From Agathobacter sp. (GTDB lineage: Bacteria > Bacillota > Clostridia > Lachnospirales > Lachnospiraceae), in NCBI GenBank assembly GCA_045123895.1, contig JBGVKW010000059.1, positions 3,360 through 67,359 on the forward strand: a DNA stretch of 64,000 nucleotides, in the 5' to 3' direction. This document shows, one piece after another, positions 38,135-47,934 of the stretch (positions within the stretch are counted from its first letter, which is position 1; every line of letters begins with the position of its first letter). The notes below the pieces were generated by a model. The model searched no databases. It was not told where the DNA came from and saw only the letters and a program-made list of their open reading frames with translations. The translations under genes and the position numbers were made by a program.

Positions 38135-38902
38135 ATGACAATTTTAAAGGCAGAAAACATTAAGAAAATATATAAATCAAAAATGGGAACCAACCAGGTT
38201 GAGGCATTAAGTGACATAAGCTTTTCTGTAGAAGAGGGAGAGTTCATTGCAATCATGGGGGAATCTGGAAGCGGAAAATCAACCATGCTTAATATTTTAG
38301 CTGCACTTGATGTTCCAACATCCGGTGAGGTGTATCTGGAAAATCAGCCATTCTCAAATATCAAAGAAAAGCAAAGGGCGGTATTCAGGCGTAACAACTT
38401 AGGTTTTGTATTTCAGGATTTTAACCTTCTTGATAATTTTACATTGGAGGATAATATTTTCCTTCCACTTGTGTTATCAAATACACCTCATGCCGAGATG
38501 AAAAAGAGAATTGAGCCACTTGCAAAAGCACTTGGAATTGAAGGCCTCTTAAACAAGTATCCATATGAGGTGTCCGGAGGGCAGAAGCAAAGAGCAGCAG
38601 TTGTAAGAGCATTAATCACAGATCCAAAGCTTCTTCTCGCTGACGAGCCTACCGGAGCATTAGATTCAAAAGCAAGTGACAAGCTTTTAGATAAGTTTGA
38701 AGAAATTAACAAAAATGGTCAGACAATACTTATGGTGACTCATAGTGTTAAGGCTGCAAGCCACGCCTCAAGAGTATTATTTATAAAAGACGGCGTTGTA
38801 TATAACCAGATATATAAAGGAGATTCTACTAGAGAAGAGATGTACAGGAAAATCAATGATTCTCTTTCAGCTCTTTTAGTAGGAGGTGAGGATAATGAGT
38901 AA
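38135..38902 (+). CDS. ABC ATP-binding protein (BceA-like)
   Basis: GESGSGKST, VSGGQKQR, DEPTGALD. Confidence 0.92.
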   Translation: MTILKAENIKKIYKSKMGTNQVEALSDISFSVEEGEFIAIMGESGSGKSTMLNILAALDVPTSGEVYLENQPFSNIKEKQRAVFRRNNLGFVFQDFNLLDNFTLEDNIFLPLVLSNTPHAEMKKRIEPLAKALGIEGLLNKYPYEVSGGQKQRAAVVRALITDPKLLLADEPTGALDSKASDKLLDKFEEINKNGQTILMVTHSVKAASHASRVLFIKDGVVYNQIYKGDSTREEMYRKINDSLSALLVGGEDNE

Positions 38903-40892
38903 GCATATTTACACAAGGCTTTCGTTAACAAATTTTTCAAAGAACAAGAAAATGTATTTACCATATTTTCTGACAATCTGTGGAAGTATTTTGTTTTTCT
39001 TTATCCTTACTTCCCTTAGTTCAAATACGCTTATTTATGATAGAACTACAGGTGCCGAGGCATTTAAGGGCGCATCACTTTTAAGCATGGTGCTTGTTAC
39101 AGGAAAAGGTGTGACATCACTTTTTGCAACAATTTTTTTACTGTATGCCAATAGCTTTGTGCTGAAAAATCAGAAAAAGCAATTGGGACTTTACCGTGTA
39201 CTTGGCATGGAAAGAAAGCATATGGTCCGTCTTATTTTCTTAGAGAATTTTTTCATCTATGGAATGGGACTTGTAGTAGGTGTATTATCAGGAATTCTTC
39301 TTGATAAGCTTATGCTTTCAGGACTTTTTAGAATAATCGGCAAAAAAGCACCAAGTGGTTTCTATATCAATGTAGCTGCAATATCTGATTCTGTAAAACT
39401 TGCAGTTTTAATAGCTGTTATTATAATGTTTGTAAGTTTTATTACAATTGTAAGAACAAAGGACATTGATTTATTAAAGAGCGATAAAAAAGGAGAGCGT
39501 GAGCCAAAAAACAGAATTGTTTTAGCGTTTTTGGGAGTTGTAATTCTTGTTGCAGGATATATTATTGCACATATTCCAAATAATGCGTTTGATGGAATAA
39601 AGTATTTTTTCCCAGCTGCATTTCTTGTGATAATTGCAACATATATTCTTTTTACAGCAGGCACAATAGCTGTGTTAAAAGCACTTAAGTCAAATAAAAA
39701 GTATTATTACAAGACAAGACATTTTATCAGTATTTCAGGACTTTTATATAGAATGAAGCAAAATGCTGCAGGACTTGCAACAATATGTGTTCTTTCAACC
39801 TCTGCCATCGTAGTTCTCTCAGCAGGAACTGCTTTGTATGCAAACGGACAGAAAAGTATTAATGAAATGTATCCAAAAGATGTTCAAATTAGAGTATCAG
39901 GGGATGATAAGGGAATTGTTTCAGATGTAATAAACCAGCTGAATACGAAAAAATATGAACTTATAGATAGAGATGAAGTTGTCTACTATACAGGTTTATT
40001 TGAAATCGAGGGGAATGAGTTTAAGGAAATAGACAAAAATAATACAATGGATTTTGGTTCAATACCTGATGTATATGTTATTTCTCAGGACGAATACAAT
40101 AGAATAAGCGGGCAGAATGTTTCACTTAAAGAAAATGAGATTCTTTTTGCTCAGAATGGTGAGTGGAAAATTGATAATAAAGTAAAATTAAATGGAAAAG
40201 AATATAATATCGTGTCAGAGGCAAAATCTGATGTGATTGAATATATTCAGGATCCAACAATGACGCTTTTTTCAAAGATTCTTATTGTAACAGACAGTAA
40301 TGAAACGGCAAACGAGATGACTGCTACGTCAACAAATTATACATCGGATGAGATGAGTTCAGTTGTATATATTCAGTTTAATATGGAAGAAAGCGACGAT
40401 GCAGTAACAGAATATACAAAGAATATTGAGTCAAAGTTATCAGAGATTAACATTACAGGACAGGTGGCATGTAAATCAGAGACTGAGGATACATTTAATT
40501 CTGTTTATGGTGGAATAATTTTTATTGGCGCAATTCTTGGGTTACTGTTTATTATGTCAACAGCAATGATTATATATTACAAACAGATTTCAGAAGGATA
40601 TGAAGACAATTCAAGGTTTGAAATCATGCAGAAGGTTGGACTCACAAAAGGAGAGATAAGAAAGACAATACATTCACAGATTTTACTGGTATTTTTTCTT
40701 CCACTTGTAACGGCAATTGTTCACGCTGCTTTCGCACTTAAGCTTGTAGCAAATTGCTTAAAAATGGTAGTTATTGTTCATATGCCAACTTTTATTCTTA
40801 GTTTTGTAGCAACCTGCGTAGTATTTTCAGTACTTTATGTGATAGTATATCTCCTGACATCGCGTGAGTACTATAATATAGTTAATTCATAA
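38895..40892 (+). CDS. FtsX-type ABC permease (BceB-like)
   Basis: YANSFVLK..K..LGLY.VLGM, LYRMKQNAAGLATI, YYKQISEG, FFLPL; large extracellular loop. Confidence 0.9.
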   Translation: MSKHIYTRLSLTNFSKNKKMYLPYFLTICGSILFFFILTSLSSNTLIYDRTTGAEAFKGASLLSMVLVTGKGVTSLFATIFLLYANSFVLKNQKKQLGLYRVLGMERKHMVRLIFLENFFIYGMGLVVGVLSGILLDKLMLSGLFRIIGKKAPSGFYINVAAISDSVKLAVLIAVIIMFVSFITIVRTKDIDLLKSDKKGEREPKNRIVLAFLGVVILVAGYIIAHIPNNAFDGIKYFFPAAFLVIIATYILFTAGTIAVLKALKSNKKYYYKTRHFISISGLLYRMKQNAAGLATICVLSTSAIVVLSAGTALYANGQKSINEMYPKDVQIRVSGDDKGIVSDVINQLNTKKYELIDRDEVVYYTGLFEIEGNEFKEIDKNNTMDFGSIPDVYVISQDEYNRISGQNVSLKENEILFAQNGEWKIDNKVKLNGKEYNIVSEAKSDVIEYIQDPTMTLFSKILIVTDSNETANEMTATSTNYTSDEMSSVVYIQFNMEESDDAVTEYTKNIESKLSEINITGQVACKSETEDTFNSVYGGIIFIGAILGLLFIMSTAMIIYYKQISEGYEDNSRFEIMQKVGLTKGEIRKTIHSQILLVFFLPLVTAIVHAAFALKLVANCLKMVVIVHMPTFILSFVATCVVFSVLYVIVYLLTSREYYNIVNS

Positions 40893-40931
40893 AATATATC
40901 ATCTTTTTAAAGTAATATGTTTATGTTATAA

Positions 40932-40976
40932 TGTCTTACTGACTTAGGACAATTCCGGGTCAGTAAGACTTTTTTT
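40932..40976 (+). terminator. Intrinsic terminator
   Basis: GTCTTACTGAC/GTCAGTAAGAC stem plus T run. Confidence 0.8.
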
Positions 40977-40993
40977 ACATAAGGATATGGGAT

Positions 40994-42301
40994 ATGAATT
41001 ATTCAGGTTTTGAGATATTGTGGTTGTTTTTTACATATTCATTTATTGGATGGATGCTTGAAGCGGCCTATGCTGCGGTCAGGCAAAAAAGACTTGTAAA
41101 CAGAGGTGCAATTACCCTTCCATTTTGCATATTATATGGTATGGTAGCTGTGTTTATAACTGTTTTTGGAAGAGAACTTCGCGGAGTCTGGTTATTTATT
41201 GGTTCTGCAATTATAATTACGGTGTTTAAGTGGATTGCAGGTTATCTGATTGAGAGAATCTATCACGAAAAATGGTGGGATTATTCAAACAGATTATTTA
41301 ATATTGGAGGTTATGTATCATTAATTGATTCAGTCATTTTGGCAGTCCTTGCTGTCGTAATGAAAACCTGGGTAAATGGCTTTTTACTATTTTTATTTGA
41401 TTCTGTTCCACAAAATATTCAGGGGATTATTATTTGGATATTGGTTAGTCTTGTTTCTGTTGATATTGCTGCAACAGTTTTGGCATATCATGGAAAAGAA
41501 CATAGATTCAAAATATTACATAGAATATCAAAAAATGTCTCAGGATTTACAGATTCACTTAATCAGAAGGTATATAAGTTTATTGATAAGCGAATTAGAA
41601 AAGCTTATCCACAGGTAAAAGATATAGAAGAGCCACGTGAAGAAGAAAATGTATTCGCCTATGGATGTTCAATTCACAAACTGGTGTGGTTGTTTATTAT
41701 TGGTTCATTTCTTGGTGATATCACAGAAACCATTTTCTGCAGAATAACAGCTGGCAAATGGATGAGCAGAAGCAGTGTTGTCTGGGGACCATTTAGCATT
41801 GTCTGGGGGCTTGCCATTGTGATGGCGACCTTGCTTTTGCACAGATATCGGGAGCGACCGGACAGAAATATCTTTTTGGCAGGAACACTTTTAGGTGGAG
41901 CATACGAATATATCTGTAGTGTGTTTACTGAGATTGTATTTGGAAAAGTATTTTGGGATTACAGTCATCTTAAATATAATCTGGGTGGGCGAATAAATCT
42001 ATTGTTTTGTTTTTTCTGGGGAATTGCAGCGGTAGCATGGATAAAGGGTGTTTATCCAGCTATTTCAGGGCTGATAGAGAAGGTTCCAATTAAAATCGGA
42101 AAAATTATCTCGTATGTTGCAATAATATTTATGTGTGCAAACATGGTTGTATCAAGTCTTGCACTTATTAGAAGTACACAAAGAAGCAAAGATATTCCGG
42201 CCACACAATCATGGCAGAAACTGTTAGACGAAAAATATGATGATGAAACGTTGATGAAAATTTATCCAAATGCTATCAGTAAAAAACATATAGAAAAATA
42301 A
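40994..42301 (+). CDS. Membrane protein with two tandem DUF1113/CmpB-like (putative ABC permease) domains
   Basis: Two copies of the family pattern: FFTYSFIGW..E...P..LYG...WWDYS....N.GG and FIIGSFLG..E...GP....G...FWDYS....N.GG. Confidence 0.75.
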   Translation: MNYSGFEILWLFFTYSFIGWMLEAAYAAVRQKRLVNRGAITLPFCILYGMVAVFITVFGRELRGVWLFIGSAIIITVFKWIAGYLIERIYHEKWWDYSNRLFNIGGYVSLIDSVILAVLAVVMKTWVNGFLLFLFDSVPQNIQGIIIWILVSLVSVDIAATVLAYHGKEHRFKILHRISKNVSGFTDSLNQKVYKFIDKRIRKAYPQVKDIEEPREEENVFAYGCSIHKLVWLFIIGSFLGDITETIFCRITAGKWMSRSSVVWGPFSIVWGLAIVMATLLLHRYRERPDRNIFLAGTLLGGAYEYICSVFTEIVFGKVFWDYSHLKYNLGGRINLLFCFFWGIAAVAWIKGVYPAISGLIEKVPIKIGKIISYVAIIFMCANMVVSSLALIRSTQRSKDIPATQSWQKLLDEKYDDETLMKIYPNAISKKHIEK

Positions 42302-42348
42302 TAGTGCAACTATTCGTTGCGGAAAAATACTAAGGAGAAATATTAATT

Positions 42349-42759
42349 ATGACTTTTTCAGAGAAATTGTATGCACTTAGAACTCAGTATGGTTATTCAC
42401 AGGAAAGCCTGGCAGAAAAGCTGGGAGTAAGCCGACAGGCAATTTCAAAGTGGGAGCTTGGAACAGCAATGCCGGACACAGAGAAAATCATTACAATAAG
42501 TGATACCTTTGATGTCAGCATTGACTCATTATTGAAAGATAACATTAAGCTTAATGAAAATGAAAGTCTTGACAGGGTGGTAATTAAATTCTTAAGCTCA
42601 GCTCAGGATATGGATGTTATTTCAAAAGAGCTTTTGGATATTGTAAAAGATGGTGTAATTGATGATGAGGAAAAGGTACGAATGGATGGAATCATTGATA
42701 CACTTGATGCAATTGCAAGTATCATAAATGAGATAAAACAGAAGATGAATATACAGTAG
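42349..42759 (+). CDS. XRE-family HTH regulator
   Basis: SQESLAEKLGVSRQAISKWELG..MPD. Confidence 0.9.
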   Translation: MTFSEKLYALRTQYGYSQESLAEKLGVSRQAISKWELGTAMPDTEKIITISDTFDVSIDSLLKDNIKLNENESLDRVVIKFLSSAQDMDVISKELLDIVKDGVIDDEEKVRMDGIIDTLDAIASIINEIKQKMNIQ

Positions 42760-42883
42760 ATGTATATAAAATAAACAACTTATGGTTGCGAAAAACTGCA
42801 AAGTCTGATTGGTAGAATGTAGTGTGTCACTCCGTTATAGTTGTATTTGTCAGATACAACAAAAAACAAACGGAGGAAATGTT

Positions 42884-43792
42884 ATGAATGTAAAAGACGT
42901 ATATTTTAAGACAATGAAGTTTAACCTTATGAAATTAGGGTTAGGTGCAGCAGTTACGGGGATTTCATTAATACTGTTGTTACTGTGTGGAGGAATCACT
43001 TATTTATGTAACAATCCGGGAGTAACATGGATGATGATTTTTATATGGAGTGTTGGAACAGCAATCACATATAAACTGCTTATGTATTATGTAGGATATA
43101 TGATAAAAGCTGCTCACGTTGCTGTAATCTCTCAGGTTGTTACAACTGGACAGATTCCAGAGAACATGGTTGAAACTGGAAAGAACATGGTAAAAGAAAG
43201 ATTTGTTGAGTCAAATGTATATTTTGTTCTTGATAAGCTTGTAAGTGGAGCAGTAAAACAGCTTCAAAAAGCAGTTGGAGCTGTAGGGGGCGCACTTGAT
43301 TTTGTTCCTGGAATGAGCAGTATTACAAATATTCTTCAGACATTTATTGGGATATCATTAGGATATGTAGATGAATGTTGCTTAGGATATACATTTATCC
43401 AGAAAGATAAAAATGCTTTCGAAGCAGGCTGTGATGGAGTAGTAATCTATTTCCAGAATGCAAAACATTTACTTAAAAACGCAGCTGTAACTACATTAAT
43501 TGTAATCGCATCAACATTTGCAATTTCAATTGTACCACTTGTAATTCTTTTACCAATTTTTGGTGCTTTAGGATGGAACCTGCTTATTGCATTTTTCATT
43601 GCACTTTTTATTGCAATCTGCTTAAAAACAGCGTTTGTTGATAGCTATATGCTTGTAAAGATGATGTTCTCATACATGCAGGTGGCACCATCTACAGAGC
43701 TTTCATTTGACTTATATGAGAAGCTTTGCAATTTATCAAACAGCTTCAAAAAGCTTTTCCAAAAATCAAAGGAAAAAGTGGCTTCTTTATAA
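42884..43792 (+). CDS. Hypothetical multi-pass membrane protein
   Basis: GGAGG RBS before ATG 42884; several hydrophobic helices. Confidence 0.7.
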   Translation: MNVKDVYFKTMKFNLMKLGLGAAVTGISLILLLLCGGITYLCNNPGVTWMMIFIWSVGTAITYKLLMYYVGYMIKAAHVAVISQVVTTGQIPENMVETGKNMVKERFVESNVYFVLDKLVSGAVKQLQKAVGAVGGALDFVPGMSSITNILQTFIGISLGYVDECCLGYTFIQKDKNAFEAGCDGVVIYFQNAKHLLKNAAVTTLIVIASTFAISIVPLVILLPIFGALGWNLLIAFFIALFIAICLKTAFVDSYMLVKMMFSYMQVAPSTELSFDLYEKLCNLSNSFKKLFQKSKEKVASL

Positions 43793-43815
43793 AAAATATT
43801 GTTTACAAAATAATG

Positions 43816-43856
43816 ACTGTACTTATGGGAAAAATCTCATAAGTACAGTTTTTTGT
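43816..43856 (+). terminator. Intrinsic terminator
   Basis: ACTGTACTTATG/CATAAGTACAGT stem plus T run. Confidence 0.8.
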
Positions 43857-43861
43857 TTTGC

Positions 43862-43955
43862 TATAAAAAGAATTTATAACGAATGATAAAAAATAAATAT
43901 ATTTCAAAATACATAAGATATGCTATTATACTGTAAAACCTAGTAATGAGATAGG
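43862..43955 (+). promoter_or_regulatory. Sulfate operon promoter with LysR-type and CCTA-N9-TAGG motifs
   Basis: TATAA-N7-TTATA 43862-78; extended -10 TGcTATTAT 43921-29; CCTA-N9-TAGG 43939-55. Confidence 0.6.
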
Positions 43956-43971
43956 AAAAGGAGATAATAAA

Positions 43972-44094
43972 ATGATTCACACCACACAAGAAAGCTTAGT
44001 TGCGTTAGGAATAATTATTGTTGTATTTACGGCAATATCAGTCGCATCTGCCTTATTACATAGAAAAAGAGAAAAGGAATATTTTTTACAGTAA
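43972..44094 (+). CDS. Small single-TM protein (40 aa) heading the sulfate operon
   Basis: AAGGAGA RBS; MIHTTQESLVALGIIIVVFTAISVASALLHRKREKEYFLQ. Confidence 0.55.
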   Translation: MIHTTQESLVALGIIIVVFTAISVASALLHRKREKEYFLQ

Positions 44095-44129
44095 TATCCT
44101 ACCGAACTGTATGATAAAGAGGTTAAGTT

Positions 44130-45179
44130 ATGAATAGAAAACGGATTCAACTAATTGGTTTAATGATGCTTGTAGCTTCAATGATTTTATCCGGTTGTGG
44201 CCTTGGAAATGATTCGGTAACCCTTATAAATGTTTCTTATGACCCAACCAGAGAATTGTATCAGGATTACAATGAACTTTTTTCAAAGTACTGGAAAGAA
44301 AAAACAGGTCAGGAAATTGAGATTGTTCAGTCTCATGGAGGCTCAGGAAAACAGGCACTTGAGGTTTCGAATGGGCTTCCCGCAGATGTGGTTACTCTTG
44401 CGCTTGAAAAGGATGTGGATTCAATAGCAAGCCAGGGACTTATAGATGAAGGATTTACAGATGAGTTTAAGAATGATAGTGCACCTTATACCTCAACAAT
44501 AGTTTTTCTGGTGAGAAAAGGAAACCCAAAAGGAATTAATGACTGGGATGATTTGATTAAAGAGGATATTGGAGTAATTACACCTAATCCTAAGACTTCG
44601 GGAGGTGCCAGATGGAATTATCTTGCAGCCTGGTATTATTTCGAGAGTAAGGGACTAAATGAAGATGAAATCAAAGAAAATATGAAAAGCTTATATAAAA
44701 ATGTAGTGGTGCTTGATTCGGGAGCCAGAGGTTCAACTACTTCTTTTACGGAAAATGGTCAGGGTGATGTGTTAATTGCATGGGAGAACGAAGCGTTTCT
44801 TGCTATGACTGAGGAACCGGGAGAATATGAGATAGTTGTTCCTTCCGCTTCAATTTTATGCCAGCCTACAGTTGCTGTTGTAGATGATGTGGTATATGAG
44901 CATGGTACCGAAGAGGTGGCCCGTGAATATCTTGAATACCTGTATTCCAAGGAAGCGCAGAAAATAATTGGTGAGAATTACTACAGACCCGTTGATGCTC
45001 AGGTTGCAAAGACTATTACAAGAGAAGACGAAGGCAATGTGATAAAAGAAATACCACAGGATGGAAGATGGCTGGTAGATAGTATTGATTTGACTGATAT
45101 AAGTCATTTTGGTGGATGGGAAAAAGCATCAGATAAATTCTTTGATGAAGGAGCTATTTTTGATGAGATTTATGAATAA
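44130..45179 (+). CDS. sbp: Sulfate ABC transporter substrate-binding lipoprotein
   Basis: NVSYDPTRELY, QSHGGSGKQA, TPNPKTSGGARWNYLAAW, DSGARGST, WENEA. Confidence 0.95.
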   Translation: MNRKRIQLIGLMMLVASMILSGCGLGNDSVTLINVSYDPTRELYQDYNELFSKYWKEKTGQEIEIVQSHGGSGKQALEVSNGLPADVVTLALEKDVDSIASQGLIDEGFTDEFKNDSAPYTSTIVFLVRKGNPKGINDWDDLIKEDIGVITPNPKTSGGARWNYLAAWYYFESKGLNEDEIKENMKSLYKNVVVLDSGARGSTTSFTENGQGDVLIAWENEAFLAMTEEPGEYEIVVPSASILCQPTVAVVDDVVYEHGTEEVAREYLEYLYSKEAQKIIGENYYRPVDAQVAKTITREDEGNVIKEIPQDGRWLVDSIDLTDISHFGGWEKASDKFFDEGAIFDEIYE

Positions 45180-46011
45180 GAAAAGTAACAACAAAAGAAT
45201 AATACCAGGATTTAGATTATCCCTTGGCGTGACAGTTTCTATTCTTTCGATAGTTGTTCTGATACCAATTTGTTCACTGATTGTATATTCGGCGAAGCTA
45301 AGCCCAACGGAGTTTTTTGAAATAGTTACCAGAAAAAGAGCGTTGGCAAGCTATGGAGTAAGTCTTCTTACTTCGTTTCTTGCAGCTATAGTAAATGCAG
45401 TAATGGGAGTAATAATAGCGTGGGTTCTTGTCAGATATGATTTCCCAGGTAAGAAAGTTATGGATGGAATGATTGAACTTCCATTTGCACTTCCAACTGC
45501 GGTAGCAGGAATTGCACTTACTCATTTGTGTGTTCCCGAGGGTTGGATTGGAAAGTTTTTTGGAGTATTTGGAATAGATGTGGCTTACACGAAATTTGGA
45601 ATAACAATTGCACTTATTTTTATTGGGATTCCTTTTGTGGTAAGAAGTATTCAGCCGGTGCTTGAGAGAGTAGAGCCTGACTATGAGGAAGCTGCAAGTA
45701 TAATGGGAGCAAACAGAATTCAGATATTTTTCAAGGTGATTGTACCTGAGATAATTCCAGCTCTTGTGGCTGGTTTTACAATGGCTTTTGCAAGGGGCTT
45801 AGGAGAATATGGAAGCGTGGTTTTTATCGCAGGAAATATGCCATATAAGACAGAGATTACACCACTTCTTATCATGACAGAGCTTGAAGAATTTGACTAT
45901 GCAAGTGCAACAGCAATTGCACTGATGATGCTCCTTATTGCATTTGTGATTTTGTTTATAAACGCCATACTGCAAAGCTTTACATCAAAAGTTGTAAGCG
46001 GACTAGAATAG
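45172..46011 (+). CDS. cysT: Sulfate ABC permease CysT
   Basis: LPFALPTAVAGIAL, PFVVRS.QPV, ARGLGEYGSVVFIAGN. Confidence 0.93.
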   Translation: MNKKSNNKRIIPGFRLSLGVTVSILSIVVLIPICSLIVYSAKLSPTEFFEIVTRKRALASYGVSLLTSFLAAIVNAVMGVIIAWVLVRYDFPGKKVMDGMIELPFALPTAVAGIALTHLCVPEGWIGKFFGVFGIDVAYTKFGITIALIFIGIPFVVRSIQPVLERVEPDYEEAASIMGANRIQIFFKVIVPEIIPALVAGFTMAFARGLGEYGSVVFIAGNMPYKTEITPLLIMTELEEFDYASATAIALMMLLIAFVILFINAILQSFTSKVVSGLE

Positions 46012-46020
46012 GAGAAAAAG

Positions 46021-46842
46021 ATGGAACTAAGAAACAATAAAGGATTTGTCAAATGGCTGCTTATTGGAATCAGTGTTTTGTTCTTAACAGTAATGCTGAT
46101 ACTTCCACTTGTATATGTGTTATACACAGCGCTTCGCGAGGGACTTGGACCATTTGTAGCAGCTGTTACAGATAAATATGCATTAAAGTCAGTGCTTCTT
46201 ACAATTGAAGCCACAGTGATTGCTGTTGTAGTAAATACAGTTTTTGGACTTTTTGCTGCATGGACGATTACTAAATTTACTTTTAAAGGGAAAAAAATAA
46301 TATCAACACTAATCGATCTTCCACTTACAATATCTCCTGTAATAGCAGGTCTGATTTTCCTTTTGACATATGGAAGACAAAGTATTTTATATCCGGTTCT
46401 TCACAATCTAAAAATACATATTGTGTTTGCGGTACCGGGAATTGTGATGGCGACGGTTTTTGTTACTTTTCCTTTTATCTCAAGAGAACTTATTCCTGTA
46501 TTAACCTCGCAGGGAAAGGATGAGGAGGAAGCAGCAGCTCTTATGGGAGCTGGCGGTTTTAGAATTTTTAGGGAAATTACTTTTCCACATATAAAATGGG
46601 CGCTTTTATATGGAGTTGTCCTTTGTGCGGCAAGAGCGATGGGAGAGTTCGGTGCGGTATCGGTTTTATCAGGACATCTTCAGGGACTTACCAATACAAT
46701 GCCTCTTTACGTGGAACTTCTTTATCAAGGGTATGATTTTACAGGAGCGTTTGCAATGTCATCAATACTTGTGATCATGGCAGTGATTATTCTGATTCTA
46801 AGAAACGTATTGGAAAACAGAGGCAGGAAAGCAGAGGAGTAG
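46021..46842 (+). CDS. cysW: Sulfate ABC permease CysW
   Basis: DLPL.ISPVIAG, TFPF..REL, ARAMGEFGAVSV.SG. Confidence 0.93.
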   Translation: MELRNNKGFVKWLLIGISVLFLTVMLILPLVYVLYTALREGLGPFVAAVTDKYALKSVLLTIEATVIAVVVNTVFGLFAAWTITKFTFKGKKIISTLIDLPLTISPVIAGLIFLLTYGRQSILYPVLHNLKIHIVFAVPGIVMATVFVTFPFISRELIPVLTSQGKDEEEAAALMGAGGFRIFREITFPHIKWALLYGVVLCAARAMGEFGAVSVLSGHLQGLTNTMPLYVELLYQGYDFTGAFAMSSILVIMAVIILILRNVLENRGRKAEE

Positions 46843-46844
46843 AA

Positions 46845-47924
46845 ATGAGTGGAAACGAAAATGCATATGTGAGTATGCGGGATATAAATAAAAATTACGG
46901 TGACTACAAGGCATCAAGAAACGTAAATTTTGATATAGAAAAAGGAAAACTTGTGGCACTTCTCGGACCATCAGGAAGTGGAAAAACAACAATTCTTAGA
47001 ATGCTGGCAGGACTTGAAAATGCTGATTCAGGAGATATATTCATCGATGGAAAAAGAGTAAATGATACGCCGGCAAGTGAGAGAGGGATAGGCTTTGTTT
47101 TCCAAAGCTATGCACTTTTTAGATACAAGACGGTGTTTGAAAATATTGCGTTTGGATTGAAAATTGCAAAATGGAAAAAGGCTGACATTAAGGAAAGAGT
47201 TGATGAACTGATTGAGCTTGTGGGATTAAAAGGAATGGAGAAGAGATATCCCAATCAGTTATCAGGAGGTCAGCGACAGAGAGTTGCATTTGCCAGAGCA
47301 CTTGCTGTGCAGCCACAGCTTTTGCTTTTGGATGAGCCATTTGCTGCAATTGATGCAAAGGTTAGACAGGAGCTTAGAAGCTGGCTTAGGGAATTGATAA
47401 GTACAGTGGGAATTACAAGTATTTTTGTCACACATGATCAGGATGAAGCAATTGAAGTTGCGGATGAAATCATCATTACCAACAAAGGAAAAATTGAGCA
47501 GATAGGAACACCTCTTGAGATTTACCAGAATCCAAAGTCTGCTTTTGTAGCACAGTTTATCGGTCATCCAAATCATCTTGAAAACCCTTCTCAGTTTAAG
47601 GGATTTAGTCATGTGGAGCCGGGAATAGATGCTTTGATAAGACCTGAATTTATTACAGTTTCAAAGAAAAATGAGGAGTGTAAATATGCAGTTACAAGTG
47701 AAGAGGCAACTGTAAAAAGAGTTTCATTCAGAGGAAATTCTCTTGAGCTTACACTTGATGTGAGAGGTCAGGAGCTCATTGCAAACCGACAGTTAAATGA
47801 AGCCCCTATAGAAAAGGGAGAAAAAGTAAATGTATTTATTCATTCTATGTATGCGCTTAAAGGTGAAACAGCCTTTAATGTTCAAAACGGAATACTGATT
47901 AGTGAAGATTATACATTTATCTAG
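46845..47924 (+). CDS. cysA: Sulfate ABC ATP-binding protein CysA
   Basis: GPSGSGKT, FVFQSYALF, LSGGQRQRVAFARALA, LRSWLR. Confidence 0.93.
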   Translation: MSGNENAYVSMRDINKNYGDYKASRNVNFDIEKGKLVALLGPSGSGKTTILRMLAGLENADSGDIFIDGKRVNDTPASERGIGFVFQSYALFRYKTVFENIAFGLKIAKWKKADIKERVDELIELVGLKGMEKRYPNQLSGGQRQRVAFARALAVQPQLLLLDEPFAAIDAKVRQELRSWLRELISTVGITSIFVTHDQDEAIEVADEIIITNKGKIEQIGTPLEIYQNPKSAFVAQFIGHPNHLENPSQFKGFSHVEPGIDALIRPEFITVSKKNEECKYAVTSEEATVKRVSFRGNSLELTLDVRGQELIANRQLNEAPIEKGEKVNVFIHSMYALKGETAFNVQNGILISEDYTFI

Positions 47925-47934
47925 GAGAGAAAAA

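Noticed and set aside
43793-43971. S-box or T-box riboswitch ahead of the sulfur operons (also checked 53400-53807)
   Set aside because: No SAM-I core or T-box consensus; the leaders are short and AT-rich, and the 53.4-kb element is a simple nested palindrome.
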